From: Candidatus Limnocylindrales bacterium
Lineage (GTDB): Bacteria > Chloroflexota > Limnocylindria > Limnocylindrales > CSP1-4
NCBI GenBank assembly: GCA_038250445.1
Contig: JBBSCI010000001.1
Location: forward strand, 1,524 to 65,523
DNA length: 64,000 nucleotides
Reading direction: 5' to 3'
Shown here: in pieces, positions 18,319 through 26,866 of the stretch
How the letters are laid out: each line of letters opens with the position of its first letter
How positions within the stretch are numbered: position 1 is the first letter of the stretch
Program-made: the position numbers and the translations under genes
Notes under the pieces: generated by a model
The model's database searches: none
Told to the model about the DNA's origin: nothing
What the model saw: the letters and a program-made list of their open reading frames with translations, nothing else

Positions 18319-20768
18319 TCGTATGCCTCCCGTGCGACAGGTATGGATCTTGACTTCCGAAGCCGGCCGGTGATCGCCGCGAGCACACCGAACAGGATCC
18401 CGAACACCGGAGTCGCGAGCAACGTGGCGTCACCGAAGAGCGCCGTCCCCGCGACCAGTCCGACGACGGCGATGCCGATGCCCGCGACCGCGCCCCCGAT
18501 CGGTGCCGAGACGAGATGCCCGGCCAGGCCGCGAATGAGCGCGAGCGCCAACCCGACGATCGCGAGGGTCGACCCGACGTAGAACGCTGGCGAGGCCGTC
18601 GCGTCGCCGGCGAGCTTGATCCAGCCACTGCCGGAGCACTGGCGGCCGTTGCCCTCGATCGATCCCGAGACGAAGTAGAGCCCGGGAACACGCAGGGCGT
18701 CGGGGATCAGGATCTCGTCGCGTCCGGCCGAGGCCAGCTGGCCTATCATTCCGCGCCAGATCGTCGGCAGTCCGAGCACGTCGACGTGCCAGCTCGCGGC
18801 GGACCCGCCCAGGTCACCCACGCTGCCCGTCCAGCGGATCGCCCGATTGGGGTCGATGTCGAGGGGATCGGCGTTGACGTCCGTCGCGTTGATCCGGCGC
18901 GCGCTGCCGTCGGGCGTCGAGTAGACGACCTCGAGCTGGCAGGGATCGGCTGGCCAGATGACGCCCCTCGCCCTGGGTTGCAGGGCGACCGACAGGATCA
19001 CCGCGGCGGCGCTGATCGCGACGAAGGCGGCGGCGAGGATCGCGCCGGGAGGACCGCCGAACCGCGGCTGACGGGGTGCGTCGGGCTTTGGCTTCGGGTC
19101 GGTTTGGCGCTGGTCCTCGTGCTTCGGCGGGTCGTCGCGCGGCGGGATGGGTGGCGCCAGCAGCGCATTTGTGAACTTTAGGTTCGCCGCCGCGATTGCC
19201 GCACCGCTCGCCCCACCGACCCGGTTCCATGCCTCGAATGACCGGGTGAACGCCTGGCTCGCGCCGATACCGTCGTCGGCGCCGAGCGCCTGGACCCCGG
19301 CCTGGTTCAGCGCCCATGCCACTTCTGCCTCGCGGCCCATCGTCCTGGCGGCCCGCAGGCACGAATCGGTGAGCCGTTCCCAACCGCCCCAGCGACCGGT
19401 GAGGGCAAAGGCGCCCTCGGTGGCGCGGCCGAGGGCGAGCGCCGTCTCGGGTCGGCCGGTCCGCTCCGCCCACCCGATCAACGACAGGATCGGCTCGGCC
19501 TCGTCGACGACCTCCTGCATGATCCGAGCAGGCGACGACGCCCAGGCCGTGTAGTCGCGGGCCGCCTGGAGCCGCACGTCATCGAGTCCGCCGCGCTCCG
19601 ACCAGGCGTCCTGGATGTCGCGATCCAGCCGTACCGCGGGCGAGGCAGCACGGGTGAGATGACGCTGCTGGAGGTCGGCGATTTCCGCCGCGGTCGCCTC
19701 GGGAACGAGGCTGGCGAGGCGCTCCGGAGACAGCGCGGCGCCGTCCATGGCGGCGATCGTCGCCACGACCTTCTGCTGGCCGGGCGAGAGGCGGGCGATG
19801 ATGGCCGAGGCCGGTCCGGCCGCGTCGGATCGTTCGAGCTCGGCGGCGAGCTCCGGCAGTGTTCTGCCGCGCCACTGGGCGTCCTGGACGTCGCGAATGA
19901 TCCGCCCCGGGTGGCCGTCGTGGACCGCCGCGATTTGCCGGCCGGCATCGATCTCGTCGGCTGTCAGGTCGCGGACAGAGCCGACGGCGGCACGGGCCGA
20001 TCGGATGAGCTCGAGCGCGGCGTCCGGAGTGAGCCCCTCGAGCTTGAAGGCACGCGCCTGGCCGACGGGCAGCGGGGCCTCCGACGCGACAAGGAACGTC
20101 GACAGGCCGGCGAGCCGGACGAGGTCGTCGATGCGGGCCTCGGCCGAGACGTCGTCGATGATGACGAGGGCGTCGAGCTTGCCGAGCGGCTCGGCAAGGC
20201 GGGAGCCGCTCAGGTGCATCTTGAACGAGACCGCGAAGAAGGTATCGACCAGGTCCTCGCCGAGCTCCTCCCAGGTCCTGGCGCGACCGAGGAGGTAGGC
20301 GACGTCGGGCGGCGCCCCGGCCGGCGGCTCGTGGACGAGATGCTGGAGCATGGCGCTCTTGCCGATTCCGTCCTCGCCGAAGCACGTCACGACCGGCGCC
20401 TGCCCGAGTGCCTCGCCGATTCCCCGAAGCTCGCCGTCGCGGCCGATCAGCCCCCGGAAGTTGCGGACCGCCGGCCTGACCGGCCGCGGCCGCGGTGCGA
20501 TCACAAACGCGGCCTCGAGGTTCGCGAGCGCGGCAGGATCGCCGCCGCCGAGGGTCACGGCGACGTTGACCTGGGTCTGGTTGATGTTCATCCCGGCCGC
20601 GATCAGCCCGCTGTTCGTGCCCTGCTGGTTGACCGAGATGCTTGTCGGCGGCGACGGTTGGGAGGATGTGGTCACAGGCGCCTCCTGCTGCTGTCGACCA
20701 CGGTCCACTGTCGGCGTCTCGGCGGCGTCGCGCGCGTGCCCACGTCTGCTGCCCGGCAATCTGGCCAC
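18315..20768 (-). CDS. Membrane-embedded STAND (NB-ARC/AP-ATPase-like) NTPase with helical (TPR-like) region, TM helix, extracytoplasmic Cys-containing domain and C-terminal TM bundle
   Basis: Walker A VVTCFGEDGIGKSAMLQHL, Walker B KLDALVIIDDVS, sensor-like STFLVASEAPLP...LEGLTPDAALELI; long alpha-helical middle; TM GAILAAAFVAISAAAVILSVAL (~res 590); ~130-aa domain with two Cys; 2-3 further TM helices; N-terminal motif shared with the downstream small protein; precise start uncertain (first 40 residues low-complexity). Confidence 0.7.
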   Translation of the reverse strand: MARLPGSRRGHARDAAETPTVDRGRQQQEAPVTTSSQPSPPTSISVNQQGTNSGLIAAGMNINQTQVNVAVTLGGGDPAALANLEAAFVIAPRPRPVRPAVRNFRGLIGRDGELRGIGEALGQAPVVTCFGEDGIGKSAMLQHLVHEPPAGAPPDVAYLLGRARTWEELGEDLVDTFFAVSFKMHLSGSRLAEPLGKLDALVIIDDVSAEARIDDLVRLAGLSTFLVASEAPLPVGQARAFKLEGLTPDAALELIRSARAAVGSVRDLTADEIDAGRQIAAVHDGHPGRIIRDVQDAQWRGRTLPELAAELERSDAAGPASAIIARLSPGQQKVVATIAAMDGAALSPERLASLVPEATAAEIADLQQRHLTRAASPAVRLDRDIQDAWSERGGLDDVRLQAARDYTAWASSPARIMQEVVDEAEPILSLIGWAERTGRPETALALGRATEGAFALTGRWGGWERLTDSCLRAARTMGREAEVAWALNQAGVQALGADDGIGASQAFTRSFEAWNRVGGASGAAIAAANLKFTNALLAPPIPPRDDPPKHEDQRQTDPKPKPDAPRQPRFGGPPGAILAAAFVAISAAAVILSVALQPRARGVIWPADPCQLEVVYSTPDGSARRINATDVNADPLDIDPNRAIRWTGSVGDLGGSAASWHVDVLGLPTIWRGMIGQLASAGRDEILIPDALRVPGLYFVSGSIEGNGRQCSGSGWIKLAGDATASPAFYVGSTLAIVGLALALIRGLAGHLVSAPIGGAVAGIGIAVVGLVAGTALFGDATLLATPVFGILFGVLAAITGRLRKSRSIPVAREAYE

Positions 20769-20972
20769 GGAGTCTTCGGGGGACTCGTAGGCCGGTTTGA
20801 TGCGGGACTGAGCCGTATTGCGAGTGCGAATATGCTCGCTTAAGCATCACAATTGGGGCTCGCATCCGAGGATGGGCCGGATGCGGCGTCGGAGTTGGGC
20901 CCAAGAGTCCTCGGGTTCATAGTTGGCCAACTTGGCCCTCGGCTCAGCGACGGCCAAACTGGGAGGGAAGTC

Positions 20973-21458
20973 ATGGAGAGCGACGCACTGCGGCGGCAAC
21001 TCGCCCAGCTCCTCGACGGCGTCGGTGCCCATATGCCGTTCGAGGAGGCGGTCGCCGACTTTCCGGACGAGGCGATGAACCTGCTTGCGCCGAACTGCGA
21101 CTATTCGCCGTGGCATCTCATCGAGCACCTGCGCCTGACCCAGGCCGACATCCTCGACTACATCGTGAACCCTGACTACGTCGAGTCAGAGTGGCCGGCC
21201 GACTACTGGCCCGCGCGCGATGCGACAGCCACGAGGGCCGTGTTCGACGAGTCGATCAACGGATTCCTCGACGACAAGGCGACGCTCCGAGCGATGGTCA
21301 TGGACCCGGAGCGCGACCTGTTTGCGGTGATACCCGGCACGCCCGGCCACACACTCTTGCGCGAGGTACGCGTCGACGCCGACCACAACGCCTACCACGT
21401 CGGCGAGTTCGCGATCCTGCGCCAGATCATGGGGACCTGGCCGGCCGGTCACAAATAG
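20973..21458 (+). CDS. DinB/YfiT-like (DinB_2) family protein
   Basis: Internal ATG 20973 with GGGAGGG SD; MESDALRRQLAQLLDGVGAHMPFEE...SPWHLIEHL...DADHNAYHVGEFAILRQ His-rich DinB-fold motifs. Confidence 0.8.
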   Translation: MESDALRRQLAQLLDGVGAHMPFEEAVADFPDEAMNLLAPNCDYSPWHLIEHLRLTQADILDYIVNPDYVESEWPADYWPARDATATRAVFDESINGFLDDKATLRAMVMDPERDLFAVIPGTPGHTLLREVRVDADHNAYHVGEFAILRQIMGTWPAGHK

Positions 21459-21505
21459 TTTCCTCCCGAGACGCCTGAGAGACGCCTCCCGACCATCATG
21501 CGCGG

Positions 21506-23896
21506 ATGGCATCCATCGGCGTCATGGATAAGCGCGCCGCAGCGAAGGCTTCCGCTGAGACCGAGCGCCGTCGCAAGCACATCCCGGGCTTTGAAGTCGA
21601 TTGCGGCACCGGTCTGGAAGTCCCCCACGTCGGGATCGTCTTCGTTCACGGCATCGGCGCGCAGGAGCCCGGTGAGACGTTGCTCGATTGGGGCGGGGCA
21701 ATGATCGGCTTGCTCCTGGACAAACGCATCGCCCAGAAGACCGATGGCGATCCGGTCATCTCATGCGATCTGGATCCCTCTCCAGGGAAGTCGCGATATA
21801 TCGAGGTTGAGTTACCGAAGGCGTCTGCAAACGACGGAACGACGCTTCCGCGAAAGCACTGGATTCTGACCGAGGCGTGGTGGGCGCAGCGGGTGCGGCC
21901 ACCGCCGTTCGGCCAGATGGCGGACTGGCTCGGACCGCACGGCGCGATCAGCAGAATCGTGCTGGCGATCCTGCCGCAGGAGAAACGCAGGCACAACCCG
22001 AGACTGAGGCCGACCGCCAAGGAGTACGAGCTGAGGCGTGACCCCGTCCTCGGGCCTGAAGAGGCGGCCGAGCACGGACACGTCCCCGGTCGGATCCTCA
22101 GCCCCGACCACCCGATCGTGGACGCCCTGCGTACAGTGGGCCGGGCGAGCGCCGGACTCTATCTTCAGGCGGTATCGGCGCTGATCCTCGTCATATACGG
22201 GGCTCTTCGGACGATCGAGAAGCTCCTGCCGATCGGGCCCCTCAAGAATGGCGCCCTGACCCGGCCGATCGACAACTTCATGCTCGACTGGTTCGGGGAC
22301 GTATACGTCCTCCTGTCCGATCCGGCTCAAGCTGCGAGCGTCCGTGGTCGACTCGTGGACGCCATCCAAGACCTTCATGCAGCCAATTGCGAGACGGTCG
22401 TCGTTGTCGCGCATTCGGGCGGTGCCATCGTGAGTTACATGATGCTCGCCGATCCCGCGTACAAGCATCTTCGAGTCGATACCTTCATCACCCTTGGCGA
22501 GGGCCTGAACCTGGCCTGGCGATTGACGACTGGCCCGGACAAGAAGCTGGACGCGGAAACGTTCAACCGATATCGGCGCCTGTACTCCAGCGTCTTCGAC
22601 GATCGGCCGGAGTTGAGCTGGCACGACTTCTGGGCATCTGAGGATCCAGCTCCGGCTGGGGTGTTAGATCCCTACGAACGAACCCTGGATCAAGCGGGCC
22701 TCGGCCGAGTCCATAGCCACGCGATCTGGAATCGGCTCAGTTTCGCCGAGGACCATGGTGGCTACTGGGATAACGACGAGGAGTTCCTCCTGCCCATGCT
22801 TCGCCTGATCGACGGCGAACCAAGTGGTGGATCTGGGAGGTTCGAGACCGCGGCGCCGACCACCGATCCGTCCAATCGCCGCCGCCGTCGCCTTTCGGTG
22901 CTTTCCATCGGCCGTCAACTGTCGCTGGTCGGAGCGACGGCCTCGATCGTGACGGCATTTGCTTTGAACGGCTCAGGATCGATCGACGGATTGGCCAACA
23001 CGGTCGCGCACGCTTGGAGCGCGGTTCCAGGAGCCCAGATCACGAGTGATTTGCTCAACGGCGTTAGGGCCCAGAACCTCGCTGCATCGTTGCCTTGGAT
23101 GGTCCTCGCGCAAGCCGGCGTGTCGATCATCGCGGCAGTTATCGGTCTGATCACCCTGTTCGCTCTCATCGCGCCAGCTGAACGACCGATTCCATGGGCT
23201 CGAAGCGGAGGGTCCCGGATCCAATCGGTGCTTGAAATTGGTCCCCTGATCGTTGGGATTCCTGTCGCCATCGCCGTTGTGATTGCCGGCGTCAGATACA
23301 TCATTCGATCGAACCCGGAAGGCGCTCAGGTCGGTCTTTGGCTCGTTGTCGCTACCGCGGAGTTCGTGGTTTTGACCCTCTTCGTGTTGGTCATGTTCGG
23401 GTCGCCGTTCTCGACCGAGACGACGAGCCGAAGGTCCTCAAAACGTGATCTGATCGAGATGTCGTTGACGATCGTCGCGTTGATTCTCGTGAGCTTTCTG
23501 GCAATCGCCCCGTTCGTCTCGATCATCCTGTATCCCGAAGTTGGCCAGCTCGTCCTTGGGTCCCTGAGCGGGTATGCAGCCTTCAGCGTCGTTGGCCGCA
23601 TCGGGACCTGGCGTTGGAACGTTTGGGACGGCCGCGAACGCGTCGCGCTTCGCGCGGGAAAGGACAGCTACCCTCCGCTTCGGCGGGTCGTCATCCAGTT
23701 CTCGTTGCTACTCGCGATCGTGACGTGCCTGTTCCTGGCCGTCGTCCTCGAAAGTGACGCCCTGGCGATGACTGCTGCGACTGGCATCGGAATCTCTGTC
23801 CTGCTCGGCGTGGCTGTTGACGTCTTCAACGCGGCGCATCAGGAGCGAACCGCACCAACCGTGATGGGGCCCCGCGCGAGCGCATACAAGATGTAG
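21506..23896 (+). CDS. Membrane-anchored alpha/beta-hydrolase (lipase/esterase-like) with ~8-TM C-terminal domain
   Basis: N-terminal hydrolase fold: VGIVFVHGIGAQEPGE (oxyanion HG), nucleophile elbow VVVAHSGGAIVSY (GxSxG); C-terminal half is multi-pass membrane; region appears lower in GC than flanks by eye. Confidence 0.7.
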   Translation: MASIGVMDKRAAAKASAETERRRKHIPGFEVDCGTGLEVPHVGIVFVHGIGAQEPGETLLDWGGAMIGLLLDKRIAQKTDGDPVISCDLDPSPGKSRYIEVELPKASANDGTTLPRKHWILTEAWWAQRVRPPPFGQMADWLGPHGAISRIVLAILPQEKRRHNPRLRPTAKEYELRRDPVLGPEEAAEHGHVPGRILSPDHPIVDALRTVGRASAGLYLQAVSALILVIYGALRTIEKLLPIGPLKNGALTRPIDNFMLDWFGDVYVLLSDPAQAASVRGRLVDAIQDLHAANCETVVVVAHSGGAIVSYMMLADPAYKHLRVDTFITLGEGLNLAWRLTTGPDKKLDAETFNRYRRLYSSVFDDRPELSWHDFWASEDPAPAGVLDPYERTLDQAGLGRVHSHAIWNRLSFAEDHGGYWDNDEEFLLPMLRLIDGEPSGGSGRFETAAPTTDPSNRRRRRLSVLSIGRQLSLVGATASIVTAFALNGSGSIDGLANTVAHAWSAVPGAQITSDLLNGVRAQNLAASLPWMVLAQAGVSIIAAVIGLITLFALIAPAERPIPWARSGGSRIQSVLEIGPLIVGIPVAIAVVIAGVRYIIRSNPEGAQVGLWLVVATAEFVVLTLFVLVMFGSPFSTETTSRRSSKRDLIEMSLTIVALILVSFLAIAPFVSIILYPEVGQLVLGSLSGYAAFSVVGRIGTWRWNVWDGRERVALRAGKDSYPPLRRVVIQFSLLLAIVTCLFLAVVLESDALAMTAATGIGISVLLGVAVDVFNAAHQERTAPTVMGPRASAYKM

Positions 23897-24062
23897 TTGG
23901 TGGCGGTCGCTCGGAGACGCATCCCTGACCGTATCCTCGCTCGGTGAACGTTCGGACTCCCGTCCCAAGTCGCGACGAGCGTCTGGCTGAGCCGCTCGCG
24001 GCGTCACGCGAGTTGAGGTCCTACGCGGCCTCCGAGACAGTGAACGCCGCCCGACCGAGCGG

Positions 24063-24305
24063 TTGATCGCGACCGTCCGCTGGGCCGACGTCGACGAGGC
24101 GATTGCGCGCCGCGCAGGCGCCCTGGGCCGAACATGGCGACGCAGTCAGCAGGGCCTCGCGACCGCGGACCTCATCATCGCTGCGACCGCTGCGGAGCTC
24201 GGGCTCGAGCTGGCGACGCTGAACATCAAGCATTTCCCGATGTTCAAGGGTCTCCAGGCACCCTATCTCGGTAGCGGAGGCAAGCGATGGCGACCTACGT
24301 TCTGA
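24063..24305 (+). pseudogene. PIN-domain (VapC-like) toxin C-terminal remnant
   Basis: 80-aa ORF from TTG; ADLIIAATAAELGLELATLNIKHFPMF matches VapC C-terminal catalytic region; in-frame stop 23988-23990 removes the N-terminal half; no antitoxin gene upstream. Confidence 0.5.
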
Positions 24306-24989
24306 TCCCAGGTGCCGGCGGCGCTGGTTGGTACTGGCATCTCGTCGTGCCCGAGTTGGAGGCGCGAGGCCACGACGTCGTCGCGGTCGACCTTCCGGCG
24401 GGCGATGAGTCGGCGGGTTGGAACGAATACGCCGATGCGATCGAGCAGGCGATCGGCGACCGAACGGACCTCGTCCTCGTTGCCCAGTCCCTCGCCGGCT
24501 TCAGCGCCCCGATGGTCTGCGAACGGCAGCCCGTCGACCTTTTTGGTCCTCGTGAATTCGATGATCCCGCTGCCCGGCGAGACCGGCGGCGAGTGGTGGT
24601 CGAAGACCGGCCAGGCCGACGCGCAACGCGAGTACCTGGCGAGCACTGGACTGACGCCCGAGGCCGGGCAAGACCCCGAGGTCCTCTACTTCCATGACCT
24701 CTCGCCGGAGGTCAAGAAGGAGGCCTTTGAGCGCGGCGAACCGAACCAGTCGATGACGCCGATGAGCCAGCCGTGGCCGCTCAAGTCCTGGCCGGACGTC
24801 CCGACGAGAGTCCTTGTCAGCCGCGACGACCGGCTCTTCCCGGCCGCGTTCCAGCGGCGCATCGCCCGCGAACGCATCGGGACCGAGGCTGACGAGATCG
24901 ATGGCGGGCACCTGGTCGCCCTGAGCCATCCTCGAGAACTCGCGGAGCGGCTGGAAACCTACCGCGAGGCAGCGTCGAAGCGACGCTAG
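24287..24989 (+). pseudogene. Alpha/beta-hydrolase (methylesterase/esterase-like) interrupted by +1 frameshift in T5 run
   Basis: Frame A 24287.. MATYVLIPGAGGAGWYWHLVVPELEARGHDVVAVDLPA...VAQSLAGFSAPMVCERQPVDL; continues in frame B LVLVNSMIPLPGETGG...GGHLVALSHPRELAERL to 24989; switch at ttttt 24540-24544. Confidence 0.7.
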
Positions 24990-25179
24990 GTCTTAGCTTG
25001 GAGGAGTTCGCCAACACGATTGCAGTCAGCCCTGTCCGTCGTGGTGTGACGATGCTGGCGAAACCGCCGGTCGGTATTGCGGCGGATGGGGTTCGGCGCC
25101 TGCCGACAGAACTGCGGACGGGCATGATCTGCTCGGTCTCCATGAAGCGACGGTTCACCATGGCCCGGGGAGAGGCTGG

Positions 25180-25356
25180 ATGGACCTGTCGCAGCAGGAG
25201 TTCTACAACACCGTCAGCGGGGAGACCCACTACGGCAAGATGCGCGCCTACATCAACATGGACCACGACTTCGAGGACCCTGACGAACTCGTGCATTACG
25301 GCGAGCCTGTGAACGCCGCCGCTGCTCGGTTCCGCGAGATCCTGGTCACACACTGA
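25180..25356 (+). CDS. Hypothetical 58-aa ORF with good RBS (possible N-terminal fragment of a methyltransferase-like gene)
   Basis: GGAGAGG then ATG 25180; MDLSQQEFYNTVSGETHYGKMRAYINMDHDFEDPDELVHYGEPVNAAAARFREILVTH; below ORF-track length cut-off. Confidence 0.3.
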   Translation: MDLSQQEFYNTVSGETHYGKMRAYINMDHDFEDPDELVHYGEPVNAAAARFREILVTH

Positions 25357-25379
25357 CTATCCGCAGGGCTCACCGATTG

Positions 25380-26196
25380 CTAACTGGGCGTCCCGTCGCG
25401 CTCGCTTCTTTGGGCGAGGCGCTGGAGTTGCCCTTCGTGTACGCCGGCCACCCAGTCCCAGCCGTCCTTTGCTGATGGACCGATCCTCGGGTCGCTGAGA
25501 ACATCGGCGTCCCGCAAGGCGTGCACGTACGCCCGATCCTGGTCGATCCGTGCGTGTATCTGATCAGCTTCGCCGGCGGACCCGTGGCCGGGGATGAGGA
25601 CATCTACGTCGCCCGCCACGCCCTCGAGCAGCCGCAGCGCGGTGAGGTAGTCCTCGATCGGGTCAGCGGTGCCGTTCAGGTCGAGCATCGGGATCAAGAC
25701 ATCGGAAAGCATGTCGCCGGCGACGAAAACTCCGCGTTCCTGGATCAACAGCGCCGCATGGCCCGGAGCATGTGCTTCATGCTCGATGATCCGGACCCCG
25801 GGACCATCCCAGGGGATCTGCGTCGTGTCGGCGGGCAGTCCGGTGATCAGGCCGAGCAGGTCCAGCGGTACCTCCTCGGGGATGCCGAGCCGGCGTGCAT
25901 CGATGCCGCCCGACAGCCGATCTCGGGCAGTCGCCGCGCAGCGCGCGGTGCCGTAACGGGGCGCCGCGCCGAGCCCGGCGCGCGAGAGCAGATGATCCCA
26001 ATGCGGATGCGTCGAGAAGCCTGCCATAACCGTCTGGCCCAAGTCCGACAGGTCGTTCGCCAGGCAGGCCATTTTCATCAGCGTGCACCCCGGCGTCGAT
26101 GAGCAACCCGCCGGCGGCGCCCTGCACGACAACGGCGTTGCTCTGGCAGAACTCGCTCTCGTGGATCAGCACACCCTCCGCAACCTGCGTCAGCAC
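25380..26196 (-). pseudogene. MBL-fold metallo-hydrolase interrupted by frameshift at T4/A4 run
   Basis: N-terminal part in one frame (GTG comp 26194-26196: LTQVAEGVLIHESEFCQSNAVVVQGAAGGLLIDAGVHADE), remainder in another (..ACLANDLSDLGQTVMAGFSTHPHWDHLL.. HxHxDH motif) to 25380; switch at tttt 26072-26075. Confidence 0.65.
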
Positions 26197-26414
26197 GGGC
26201 CTGCCTCACTTACATCGCGGATCGCGTAGCGGTGCATCGTGACGCCCTGCTCGCACGATCGCTGCTGGAGCAGATCGAGGTGCGCGTCGATGAGTGCCTT
26301 CAGGCCCGGGTGCTGGGCCAGGGTGGCCGGCAACAGGAGCCCCGCATCGGCCACCAGGCGGTGGTCGTCAAAGGCCGTGTCGAGGCGGTCGAGGCTGTCC
26401 GGAGATCGCATCAA
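26190..26414 (-). mobile_element. Remnant of IS4/IS701/IS1380-superfamily transposase N-terminus
   Basis: 74-aa ORF LDRLDTAFDDHRLVADAGLLLPATLAQHPGLKALIDAHLDL resembles the conserved N-terminal (..SDAGLLLL..LGL..) region of DDE transposases of these families; no DDE domain follows; lower-GC flank 26415-26860. Confidence 0.4.
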
Positions 26415-26866
26415 TCACGTGCTCCACTGCTTGGGCTTGATGGTTGTCTCTCAACGCCATCTTCCCAGTTCAGATGAACACCTGATTCGTCGTATCAGCG
26501 CTCTCTCACCAGCGGCTCATCGGTGGATCCGGGCTTAGTTGCCTACTTCGACCAGGCGCCCGGGACAGCCCTTCCGGGGCCGTCGGATCTTTACCACTTG
26601 CGACCGGCTCCAAGCGCGTAGATGAAGCTAGCCAATGCGGCAACGGTCAGGAGAGCGCGTATCGCCTCGGACCGGAACCTGTTCTTCAAGACTGACATCC
26701 AGAAACCCCTACTGTCGATTGACGTTGGAGGTCCGGCAACCGGGCTGTCTTCCTATCGGAAGATCCCTGGCTTTGCGTCTCCGCCTCGCGACGGGTTTGC
26801 CCAAACGGCCCTGCCGGCAGCGATTTCGCTGCCGGCCTCACCATCGGTTGCCGATGTGGGCGATCG

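Noticed and set aside
19579-20904. 441-aa and other long alternative-frame ORFs over the STAND NTPase gene (19579..20904 -, 19659..20843 +, 18814..19473 -)
   Set aside because: Arg/Pro/Gly-rich low-complexity translations overlapping a gene with clear NTPase motifs in another frame.
20769-20972. Short palindromes (gcttaagc, atgct...agcat) in the divergent region between the STAND NTPase and DinB genes
   Set aside because: Too short and imperfect to call as operators without comparative data.
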